NCBI RefSeq assembly: GCF_009914755.1
Contig: NC_060947.1
DNA: 64,000 bases
Strand: one strand, 5' to 3'
Origin: the human T2T-CHM13v2.0 reference genome, Homo sapiens
Part shown: positions 53,201 through 64,000 of the stretch, one piece after another
Position numbering within the stretch: position 1 is the first letter of the stretch
Layout: each line of letters begins with the position of its first letter
Notes under the pieces: model-generated
Told to the model about the DNA's origin: nothing
Database searches by the model: none
What the model saw: the letters and a program-made list of their open reading frames with translations, nothing else
Position numbers and translations under genes: made by a program

Positions 53201-53963
53201 TTTGTCTGAAAAAGACTGTGTCTTTTCTTCATATATGATGCTTAGTTTTGGTGGATACCAAATTCTTGGCTGATAATTGTTTTGTTTGAGTAGGCTGTAG
53301 ATAAGGCTCCAATCCCTTCTGGTTTGTAGGGTTTCTGCTGAGAAATCTGCTGTTAATCTTATAAGTTTTCCTTTATAGGTTACCTTGTGCTTCTGTCTCA
53401 TAGCTTTTAAGATTCTTTCCTTTGTCTTAACTTTGAATAACCTGATGACAATGTGCCTAGGTGAAGATCTTTTTGCAATGAATTTCCCAGGTGTTCTTTG
53501 TGCTTCTTGTATTTGGATGTCTAGGTCTCTAGCAAGGCCAGGGAAGTTTTCCCTGATTATTCCCTCAAATATGTTTTCCAAGCTTTTGGAATTCTTTTCT
53601 TCCTCCAGAACACCAGTTATTCTTAGGTTTTGTCATTTAACATAATCTCAGACTTCTTGGAGACTTTGTTCATATTTTCTTATTCTTTTTTCTTTGTCTT
53701 TGTTGGATCAGGCTAATTTGAAGACCTTGTTTTTGATCTCTGAATTTGTTTCTCCTACTTGTTCAATTCTATTGCTGAGACTCTCCAGAGCATTTCATAT
53801 TTCTAAAAGTGTATCCAAAGTTTCCTGAATTTTTGTTTGTTTGTTTGTTAAGCTATCTATTTCCTTGAATATTTCTCCCTTTGCTTTTTGTATCATTTTT
53901 TAGATTTCTTTGCATTGGGCTTCACCTTTCTCTGGTCCCTCCCTGATGCTTAATAACTAACCT

Positions 53964-54161
53964 CCTGCATGACTCAGCAGAGGCAGCCATAATCCTGCTA
54001 GGTACACAACTCCAGTGACCTGGGAATCTCACCCACATCTCCCTCAGCAGCCACAACAGGGCCTGCCCAAGGAGAGTCTGAGCTCAGACATGCCTAGCCC
54101 CATACCCACCTGATGGTCCTTCCCTAGCCACCCTGGTAGTGGAAGACAAAGGGCATATAAT
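53964..54161 (+). repeat. Inverted copy of an L1PB 5'UTR segment (54756-54953)
   Basis: 198-bp ungapped reverse-complement match, about 17 mismatches. Confidence 0.93.
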
Positions 54162-55704
54162 AAATTAGGTAAATCAGGGATTTATTCTTGGTTTGGATCC
54201 ATTGCTGGTGAACTAGTGTGATTTTTTTGTGAGTGTTGAAGAGCCTTGTTTTGTCATATTACCAGGGTTGGTTTTCTGGTTCCTTCTTGTTTGGGAAGTT
54301 GGTTTTCTGTTTTTTTCTCATTCTCTCTGTCAGAGGGAAGGTCTAGGGTTGAAAGCTATTGTTCAGATTCTTTTGTCCCATGGAGTGTTCCAATGATGTA
54401 GCACTCTCCCCTTTTCCTGTGAGCTGAACTCTAGTGATTGTTGTCTCTCTTCTGGGTTTAGCCACCCAGTGAATCTAGTCAGCTCTGGGCTTGTACTGGG
54501 AGTTGTCTGCACAGAGTCCTGTGATGTGAATTGTCTGTGGGTCTCTCAGCTGTGGATACCAGTGCCTATTCCAGTGGAGGGGTGGTGGTGGGGGTGGGGG
54601 AGTGTGCAATGGACTTCGTGAGGGTTCTTAGCTTTGGTGGTTTAATGCTCTATTTTTGTGCTGGTTGGCCTGCCAGGAGGTGGTGCTTTCCAGAGAGCAT
54701 CAGCTGTGGTAGTATGAGAGGAACCAGCAGTGGCTGGGGCCCTAGAACTCCCAAGATTATATGCCCTTTGTCTTCCACTTCCAGGGTGGGTAGGGAAGGA
54801 CCATCAGGTGGGGGTGGGGGTAGGAATGTCTGAGCTCAGAATCTCCTTTGACAGGTCTTTCTGTGGCTGCTGTGGGGGATGTGGGTGAGATTCCCAGGTC
54901 ACTGGATTTGTGTACCTAGGAGGATTATGGCTGCCTCTGCTGAGTCATGCAGGTTGTCAGGGAAGTGGGGGAAAGCTGGCAGTCACAGGCCTCAACCAGC
55001 TCCCATACAAACTGAAGGGCCAGTCTCACTCTCACCATGCCTCACCAACAGCCCCCAGTCCATTTCCAGGTGGAGAGTTACATGGACTTGAAAACCTGCC
55101 CCAGGCTACCTGCTTCCCAGCTGTGAAAGAGAAAGGCTTGGTTCTTCCCCTACTTGTACAGTCTGCACACCAGATTTGTGCCCTCCTGTGAGTTCTGGCC
55201 AGGAGGCTTCTCACCCCATTCAAATTATTACAAAGTTCAGCTAGAGATTTCCTTCTCCCGTGGAGTTTTACCCCCGACTCCTCTCCTGTTGGATCCCTGT
55301 GGTGCCAAGCAGGAATGGCCTGCTAGGGGACCCAACGAGTTCCCAGGGCCTTTCTACTGCTTCCTCTAGCCCTGTATTTCACTTGGCTCTCCAAACTGAC
55401 TCAGCTTCAGGTAAAGTCAGAAGCTTCTCCCACAAACAGACCTACAACTTTTCCACTGGGGGTGAGTTTGGGAGAGGAGGGTCTCCCTTTTCCACTTCCG
55501 CAGTTGGGGCACTCACAGTTTTGTGGGGGTCTCCCAGGTCCTGCAGGAGCAGTCTGCTTCCTTCAGAGGGTCTGTGGGTCCTCTTGGGATTGCTGGTTTG
55601 TTTTTGCAGTCAATCTAGAGCTAAAACTCACAGTGTGAGCCCCTGCGTGCTTCTCTGTCCGGAGCTGCAATCTAGTTCTGCCTCCCATCTGCCATGACGA
55701 TCCT

Positions 55705-55834
55705 GTTCCCTGGAATGGTGTATCTCTGCTCTGTTCCACTCTTATTAGTGTAAGAAAACCAAGCTCATAAGGTAGGAACTGTGGCAAAACAGGGACAAGC
55801 CAATATCTTGGTTAAGGAGAAGAGGCTACCCTTC
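55705..55834 (-). other. ~130 bp of apparently non-L1 sequence between the L1PB 5' end and its TSD (candidate 5' transduction)
   Basis: Lies inside the TSD and resembles neither the host L1M nor any L1PB sequence I recognise. Confidence 0.65.
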
Positions 55835-57099
55835 AGAACTATTTCTTGATTAAATATTTGGTAGAATTCACCAGTGAAGCTATCTGGGCCGAGAGTCTCT
55901 TCTACGGGAAGGTTTATAAATACAAATTCAATTTTTAAAATAGATAAGACAATTACCATTATCTATATCTTCTTGAGTAAACTTTCATACTTTGTGTCTT
56001 TCAATAAATTTTTCAATTTCATTAAATGAAATTTTGAAAATTTTTATATTTTAATGTTTCAATTTCAAGTTGTTTAATAAATGGAATAAAATTATTTATA
56101 AATGTCCTTATTATCTTTTTAATATCTGTAGAACCACTAGTGATACCACTATTTTATTCCACATATTGGTAATTTGTGTCTCTGATCCCAGATCAGTATG
56201 GCTAGAGTTTTGTCAATTTTTTTGATCCACTCAAAGAACTAGGTTTGGCTTCATTGATTTTCCTGCATTATTTTTCTGTCTCATTGATTTCATCTCTGAT
56301 ATTTATTATTTACTTTATTCTGCTTAATTTAGGTTTAATTTACTCTTTCTTTTTAGTTGTTTAAGGTGAAAGCTAAGGCCATTGATTTAAAGAAGAAAGC
56401 CTTTCTTCTTTCCTAATATTGGTAGTAGTGCTATAAATTTCCACCTAATTATTGCCGCAAATTTTGATATGTTGTGGCAGTTCAAAATACTTTTTACTTT
56501 CTCTTTTGATTTCTTCTTTGACCCATGCCTTATCCAGATGTTTGTTATTCAGTTTCCAAAATTTTAGGGATTTTCCAGAGTTCTTTTTAGTATTGATTTT
56601 AAAGGAAATACCACTGTGGTCAGAAAACATACTTTTTATGACTCTCATCCTTTAAAATTTACTGAGGCTTGTTTTATGGCCCAGGATATGATCTCTCTTT
56701 GTAAATATTCCATGTGTTCATTTTGCTATTGTTTGGTGGAGTGTTCCATAAATGCCAATTATGTCAAGATGACTGAATGTGATGTTCAAATCTGTATCCT
56801 TGCTAATTTTCTGCCTACTTGTTCTAGCATTTATGGGTGGAGTATTTAAATCTCCAAATATGATTGTGAATTTGCCTCTTTTTTGCAATACTATTATGCA
56901 ATGTTATAGTAAAATTTTGATAGTTTTCATTTCATGCATTTTAAAGCTCATTATTAGTGTATGAATGTTTAAGATGATCAAGTCCTCTTGATAAATTGAC
57001 TTCTTAATCATTATTAAATGGCCTTCTTTATGTCTGGCAATATGTTTTGTTTAAAAATCTACTTTGTTTACTAGTAATATGGCTACTTCATCTTGCTTT

Positions 57100-57838
57100 T
57101 TAAAAAATTTGTATAGATTTAGGGGTTACAAGTGCCATTTGTTACATGGATATATTGCATAGTGGTGAAGTCTGAGCTCTTAGTGTAGCCATCACCCAAA
57201 TAGTCTACATTGTATGCATTAATTTATTTCTAATCCCTCACCTCTCCCATCTTCTCACCCTTCTGAGTCTCCAGTGTCTATTAGTCCATGCCCTATGTCC
57301 ATATGTACACATTATTTAGCTCCTTACTTACATGTGAGAACATACAGTATTTTAATTTCCGCTTATGAATTATTTCGCTTAAGATAATGACCTCTAGTTC
57401 CATCTATGTTGCTGCAAAAAGTATGACTTCATTTTTTTATGGCTGAGTAGTAGTCCCTGGTATAATATGCACATAGCACATTTTGTTTATCCAATCACCT
57501 GTTGATGGACGCAGGTTGATTCCATATTTGCTATTGTGAATAGTGCTGCAATAAACATACGGTTGCAGGTATCTTTTTGATATAATGATTTACTTTCTTT
57601 TGGGTATATACCCAGTAGTGGGATTGCTGAATCAAATAGTAGATCTATTATTAGTTGTTTGAAAAGTCTCCATACTGTTTTCCATAGAGGTCATACTAAT
57701 TTACATTCCCACCAACAATGTATAAGCATTCATTTTTTTCCACATCTTCACCAACATCTGTAATTTTTTGACTTTTTAATAACAGCCATTATGACTCATG
57801 GAAGATGATATCTCATCGTTATTTTAATTTTCATTTTC
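57100..57838 (-). mobile_element. L1MA1-3/L1PB4-like 3' end with TSD
   Basis: tttaggggttacaagtgccatttgttacatggatatattgcatagtggtgaagtc; flanks acttcatcttgcttt / acttcagctttcttt. Confidence 0.85.
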
Positions 57839-59759
57839 CACTTCAGCTTTCTTTGTTTAGTGTTAGTATAGAATATCTTTTTTCATGGTTTTACTTTTAA
57901 CCTACTTGCATCTTTATAGGAAGCATATAGTTGGATTTTTTTTTATTCAATCTGACAATCTCAGCCTTTTATTAGGGTATTCACATCTTTTATCTTTTAC
58001 ATGTCATCTAATTATTAATATGGTTAGATTTTAATCTACCATCTTACTATTTGTTTTCTATTTATCTCATCTGTGCTTTGTTTTTTATTTTCTTTTTAAT
58101 TATTTGATTTTTAAAAAGTGATTCCATTTTATTTCCATTGTTGGCTTATTAACTATTAGTAGTTTCTTGGGTTTATAGTATATATCTTTAACTTATTACA
58201 GTCTGCCTTCAAGTGATATACCACTTCATATATATTATAAGGGTCTTACAATAATATACTTCCGTGTCTTTCCTCCTGACCATTGTGCTATTGTTTTCAT
58301 ACATTTTACCCATAAGCTCCATGACACTTTATTATTATTTTTGTTTAAATAGTCCATTATCTTTGATAGAAATTTAAATAGCATTATGTATGTACTCATG
58401 TAGTTACCATTTCATGTGCTCTTTATTCCATTTTGTAGATCCATATTTCCACCTAGTATTATTTTCATTTTCTTTTTGCCTTAAGGACTTCCTTCAACAT
58501 TTCTTGTCAAGGAGGTCTCCTGGTGGATTATTTCAGCTTTTGTATGTCCAAAAATGTCTTTATTTCACATTTGTTTTTGAAAGATATTTTCAATAGTTAT
58601 AGAAATCTAAGTTGGAAGTTTTGTTTTCTTTCAGTACTTTAACAATATTGCATTACTGTCTCCTTGCTTCTATTGCTTCCAAAAAGAAATTTGTTGTCAT
58701 CTTTATCTTTGTTCCCTTGTATGTAATGCATCTTTTTTCTCTGGTAGCTTTAAAGATTTTCCTTTTATCACTGGTTTTGATAAAGCTTATTTTAATGTAA
58801 CTCAGTATAGTTTTCCACACATTGATGATGTTGAGGTTCATTGAAATTCTTGGATTTGCAAGTTTGTAATTTTCATGAAATTTGTAAAAATTTTTGGCTA
58901 TTGTTCCTTCAAACATTTTTTTTCTGCATCTCTTCCCCTTTGAAGGACTTCAACTGAAAATATATTAAGCTGCTTTAAGTTGCTTCACTTATCGTTGATT
59001 CTGAGTTCATTTTTCCCCTTGTTTGTCTGTTTTATTTGAATAGATTCTATTGCTATGTCAAGTTCAGCCTCACCAATCTTTTCTCCTGTGAGATATACTT
59101 TGCTATTATTTTCATTAAGTGTATTTTTTTTACCTCAGAAAATGTAGCTTTCATATCTAGAGGATTGTAGGTTTTCTATGTTTCTACTTTACTTTTTGAA
59201 CATATGAAATATTGTTATAGCTTTTAAAATGTCCATGTGTAATTCTAACTTCTGTGTCAACTCTGGATTGGTTTCAGTTCATTGATTTTACCCTTTATTA
59301 TAGGTCGTATTTTCCTTCTTCTTTGTCTGCTTTGTAAGATTTTTCACAGCTTTATTGAAATATAACTAACATACCACTGGATTTACTTGTATAAAGTGTG
59401 CACATTAACAATGCTTTTTTAGACTGCTAATTTTGATCAGATACCAGACATTGTGAATTTTACCTTGGATGTTGAATATATTTTATTCCTTTAAATATTA
59501 CTGAGATTTTTTTTCTAGTATCAAGTTAAATTAATTGAAAATACTTTGATCTTTTGAGGTCTTGCTTTTAAGACTTTTTAGGCAGGACCAAAGTTGTATT
59601 CAGTCTAAGGCTGACTATTCCCCACTGTTGAGGCAAGTCACTTCTGTGCACTATTTTCAATGCCCTGTGAATTGTGAGGTTTTCCAGTCTGGCTGGTGGG
59701 AGCAGGAAAAATTCCCAACCCTTTAGAGAACCAAGTATTGTTCCTTTTTCTCTTCTTCT

Positions 59760-59905
59760 TATTTACTTTATTGTCAAATTAAAATTACATATTTTTATGG
59801 TGTACCACAGAAATTTTTGAAATATGTATACATTCTGGAATGACTTCATCAAGCTAATTAACATATGCATTACTTCACACATTTATCATTTATTTGTGGT
59901 GAGAC
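59760..59905 (-). mobile_element. Short L1MA 3' tail
   Basis: tcaagctaattaacatatgcattacttcacacatttatcatttatttgtggtgaga. Confidence 0.75.
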
Positions 59906-60236
59906 CTGTGATCCTTTTAGATAATTCTTTTCCCAGCCTTAGGTGGTTTCCTTACATGTGTACAGTGATCAATGCATACCTAGCTGAATACTTGAATGGG
60001 CCCTTTTGCAAATCTCCAGGTTCTCTTTGTGTGTAGCACTCTTCTCTCTGGTACTCTGTCCTGTGAACCGTGAGTGTTTTGATCTCCCAGGAGACAGATT
60101 CTGACCTCTGTCTCCTTAAGTCTGCCAGGCTGTACTTGGGTTCCTGTTCCTGTGGCCTGGAATAGCTTAAGGCACTAAGCTGGACCCAATCAAGGGACTC
60201 ACCTTGATTGTTTTCCTTCTTTTAGGGATCACTGTC

Positions 60237-60764
60237 TGTTATGGTTAATTTTATGTGTCAACTTGACTGGGCTAAGGAATGCCCAGATAGTTGGTAAAAC
60301 ATTATTTCTGGGTGTGTCTCTGAAGGTGTTTCTGGAAGAAATTAGCATTCAAATCAGTAGACTGAGTAAAGAAGATCACACTCACTAATGTAGGCAAGCA
60401 TTGTCCAATCCCTTGAGGGTATGGGTAGAACAAAAGGTAGAGGAAGGGCAAATTTGATCTGCCTTGTTTGAGCTGGAACATCTGTCTTCTCCTGTTCTCA
60501 GACATCAGTGCTCTGTGTTCTCAAGCCTTCAGACTCCATCTGTGACTTACACCATCCCCACCCTCCCACTCTCCCCCACTGGCCACAATGCCAGTCCTCA
60601 GGCCTTTGGACTTAGACTGAGTTTCACCTCCAACTCTTTCTTGTTTCTTCAGCTCATAGACAGCCTATTATGGAACTTCTTGACCTCCACAATCATGTAA
60701 GCCAATTCTCATTTTTTTATATATCCCTGTTGGTGCTGTTTATTTGGAGAACCCTAATTAATAT
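60237..60764 (+). mobile_element. MLT2 (B/D-like) solo LTR, ERVL
   Basis: tgttatggttaattttatgtgtcaacttgactgggctaagg...tggagaaccctaattaata. Confidence 0.92.
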
Positions 60765-62011
60765 GCAATCTTTCATTCCCTGATGCTCATTGTATTGAAA
60801 ATAATAGATTCATACATTTTGTCCACTATTTGCTTATTTTAGGTGAGAAATTAAGCCAGACCTTTTACTACATTTTGGCTGGAAGCAGAAGTGTTAAATA
60901 CTTAAAATAAATAAATAAATAAATAAAAACTTTTTTTCTGTAATTCCAAGGAAGTTTACATATATCTTTTAAAAGAAATTATGATCTTAGAAAACAAGTT
61001 GAGTTTGTGTCCACCCCTAAACCTCTAAACCCTGATTAAGTGTAGCACTGGGTGGAAAAATAAACTCAGGAAACCTGAAAATACAACTTTATCTTTTATT
61101 TAATGAGCCAATCTACAATGGTATTTTAGGGTCCAAATGATTTCTTCCAGTCTTCTCATCAGGAACTGCTTTTTTCTTGCATTTTTGATTATACTATAGC
61201 CAGGGTCATTGGATCAGCCTCATTGGGTTTTGCTTTTATCCTTGTAATGGAAATATATAAAACCTGATGGAATGAGGTAAGGTTTGGTATCCATTGTATT
61301 CTTAAAGTTGCCTTCTGGATCTCTTGCCTGGATGCTGGTACCCATTATTCAGATCCTTTCTCCAGTCTGGACCTATTTTAATCTCTGATCATTCTTCCTG
61401 GCACATTTCTACCTAGCTTTAGATTTACTTGGAATCTATCAGTAATCTGAACATTTTTCTATCTTTAGTTTCTGGTCTTGTTTCAGCTCTCCTGAGGTCA
61501 CCTCTCCTGATCCATTCTTACATCCTCTCACCTTAGGCCCTAATGGGATAGGGATAGTTACAATGCTTAGTCTTATAGCAAATTTGTGGCTCTTCAAAGG
61601 AAGTGCTTCAAAAATTTTGTTGCATCAATAATGGGGAGAGAAGAGACAAATAGTTATTGCAGTCCAACCAAGTGATAGTATCAAGTCTCTGTGCTTTATG
61701 TAAAGACTGGGTATCATTTATTTGCCTTTTGCGTTGTTAATGTGGGGATTTTCTTCCTGTGAGTGCATCCCTTGATTTAAAACTTTGACACTTTTTCTCC
61801 TTTAGATTCATAGTGCAGTGGGGATCTTAAGATGCCTTCAAAATGGTATTTCCTATTCTTAAGCTTCATTGGTAATTCCTTGGTGAATTATGAATCTCTG
61901 TTAATGAGTTCTGCTGTTTTCTCTTTTAATTCAGTGCTCGCCATGGGGGATAGGAGGACTTTACCTCAATTGTGATATGAAGTGTTCTCTACAAATACAT
62001 TAAATTTAGTT

Positions 62012-62470
62012 TGTGTCAGTTGGAATCCTGGCAAGTAGCAGGATTCAACAAGATTAATCAAATACAATACATTAATGAAAGGACTAATTACAGGGGTGTG
62101 GGCTTGATTAAGAAAACCAACAAAGGATGTTGAGGCACTCAGAGACTGGTCTCAGTGGAAAACCATCATCACTCCCAATAGGAGAAAACCTGGAGCTGTG
62201 GAGGAAGGCAGAGGAGCTGTAGTCATACAGGAACACAGCCATGCCAGAAATGTGGCACTGATGTATAGAGAAAGCAGGTAAAGAAATACCCCAACCTCTC
62301 TTCCACCACTCTTTAATCCCCCATGAATATCTCTATAAGCATAGCACAACCAGAAGTCAAATGGAAAAGGAGCCTTGGGTAATGCAGTCCACAGGGCCCC
62401 CTGGAACACAACAGAGCAAAGAGGGACATGAAATATACATAATTGGGGTGCAAATGGAGAAAAAATACAG
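62012..62470 (-). mobile_element. ERVL LTR (LTR33/LTR41-like)
   Basis: ttaatgaaaggactaattacaggggtgtggg...caaccagaagtcaaatggaaaaggagccttgggtaatgcagtcc. Confidence 0.6.
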
Positions 62471-63214
62471 TAAAAAGTCTTTGCATCTTTCTGGATTCTA
62501 GCTGGTATATTAGATAATTACTTAAGTATTATAAGTTACCAACTACAGTAAGAATAATAATTGAGCTAAGCTATCATTATACTAATTTTTTTTATTATTT
62601 ACAGATTTTTAAAATGTAAGCACCTACTAAATTATTTGGGATAATGTTTTAAAAACTATGTTAGAATTTTCAAAATTTTAATGGGCTCTAGCATTAAAGA
62701 TTTTTCCAATGCAGGATATTTTAAAAGGGCTAATGAGCTAGTGTGGTATGAGTCTACACTCAGCAACCACTGCATTTTTAACTTTTTTTTAATGCTCAAA
62801 AATAAACAACAAGATCCCTGAGTGCTTTTGTTGGCTGGGCTGTGTATTTTAAAACACTTACTCAGAACACCGCAGTTATTTGAAGGATGTGTCATACAGT
62901 CTGCTGCTGGCTTAAGAAACTATGAGATGGGGGACGTTCAGTTGCCTTTTTAAACTTATTTATTTAATTTTAGAAATAAATGTGTAGCAAAAGGAGTTTT
63001 GATTCTATAAGCTGAGAGTCTGTGTACAAATTGCAAACTTTTGAGCTTTAAGTCTCCTCTGTGACTCTAGACTGAGTGGTTGTCTAGGCTGACCCCAACC
63101 AAGGCAAGCAACCTCAGCAGTATGTTTAATACTTCAACCCACTTGGTCCTCAGCTCCAAATGCAAGAGTTTCTGAGCAAGTTAATCTTTTCCTTGTACTA
63201 CTGCTGTTCAGGTG

Positions 63215-63700
63215 CATTCAACATGAATTTATTAAACAACTATAATGTGCCAGGCGTTGTGTTCGATGTTGGGAGACTAAAGATAAGATGTAGAACCAAC
63301 ATAAGAGAAATGGACACATAAACACACTCTCTGATATCATGTGGTATATGTGGTTACAGACGTAGGTATGGGCATTTAGCCTACCTGAGTCATAGGAAAG
63401 CTTCCTGGTGACTAATAGATTTTTGAAGGTTTCTAAATTTCACCTCTAGCGTGGAAATGAAGGTGGGGAAATGAAGGTAGTCTAGGCAGGGAAAACATTA
63501 CAACTAAAAGTAAAGAGGCATGAATCAGCATGATGAGTGCTAGAAACTATACCAAGCATGAATAGCAAAGAAGGGAGTGGTAAGGGATTAGGCTGGGGGA
63601 AATCAACAGAACAGTTGACGTCAAGGGGAGTAGACTTGTTCAAAAGCTTAGACAGTATCTATATGTTATGAGAATTTTTCAAAGAGACTGTCAGCAAATA
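63215..63700 (-). mobile_element. L2 3' region
   Basis: cattcaacatgaatttattaaacaactataatgtgccaggc...tctaggcagggaaaaca...aaagaggcatga. Confidence 0.75.
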
Positions 63701-64000
63701 TAGGGGGAGAGGTTAAGCCTAGGGAAGGGGCAACACTGGAGCTCAGTAGTGTAGGGAGAATGAGTAATAGGCCAGCTATGTGTTGTTTCAGACTTCCAGG
63801 CATCCATAAGGATCAGGGATCAGACATCAGGAACAACTCACCCATGTGATCCATGTAGCTGTCAGAAAATTCATGAGGAGCTCTCGCCCAGAAATCTGAT
63901 TGGCAGTGGGAAAAATCCAAAGTGATACATAAATTAAAAGTTGATTCTCTTTGTCTTTGCAATACTGAAATGAGAAAAAGACAAAACAATTGGCTTACAT

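Larger units (their letters stand above)
48661..55703 (-). mobile_element. Full-length L1PB1-like element (~7 kb; ORF1/ORF2 disrupted)
   Basis: L1PB 3'UTR; RT peptides [16 protein letters not shown] and [13 protein letters not shown]; EN ILTLNVNSLNAPLKR/FLQETHL; ORF1 at 53150-53581; 5' start on minus strand catggcagatgggaggcagaactagattgcagctc; TSD 48654-48666 / 55835-55847. Confidence 0.95.
55835..60893 (-). mobile_element. Old L1M (L1MD/ME-like) ORF2 N-terminus, ORF1 and 5'UTR (host, interrupted)
   Basis: EN peptide SMFSDHSGISFKIN (56445-56648); ORF1 KIFKATREKRCITYKGTKIKMTTNF (58653-58916); 5' end on minus strand acttctgcttccagccaaaatgtagtaa. Confidence 0.8.

Noticed and set aside
48661-55703. 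Full-length L1 as a potentially active element
   Set aside because: ORF1 and ORF2 are broken into many frames, the FADD motif reads FAED, and two insertions disrupt it.

Overview
This is primate (human-like) genomic DNA, not prokaryotic. Most of the 64 kb is decayed interspersed repeat: many L1 layers (L1M/L1MA/L1MC/L1MD-like, L1PB, L1PA; the long ones mostly on the minus strand), 5 Alus, MaLR/ERVL/ERV1 LTRs, hAT DNA transposons, L2, L3/CR1, MIR and microsatellites. No intact protein-coding gene, RNA gene or CRISPR array is recognisable; the ORF track is L1/Alu/MaLR debris or chance frames. Subfamily names come from recalled consensus motifs and are approximate, and mismatch counts were made by eye. 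I see no convincing new multi-gene system. The notable signals are structural: (1) a full-length L1PB with ~130 bp of extra sequence inside its target-site duplication (TSD), a likely 5' transduction; (2) a 198-bp inverted copy of that element's 5'UTR inserted into its ORF1; (3) a twin-primed L1 and two Alus at apparent insertion-associated deletions; (4) three local duplications (97, 61 and 125 bp); (5) a ~20-kb nest of elements; (6) a tentative plus-strand microexon plus terminal exon at 29.2-29.7 kb.
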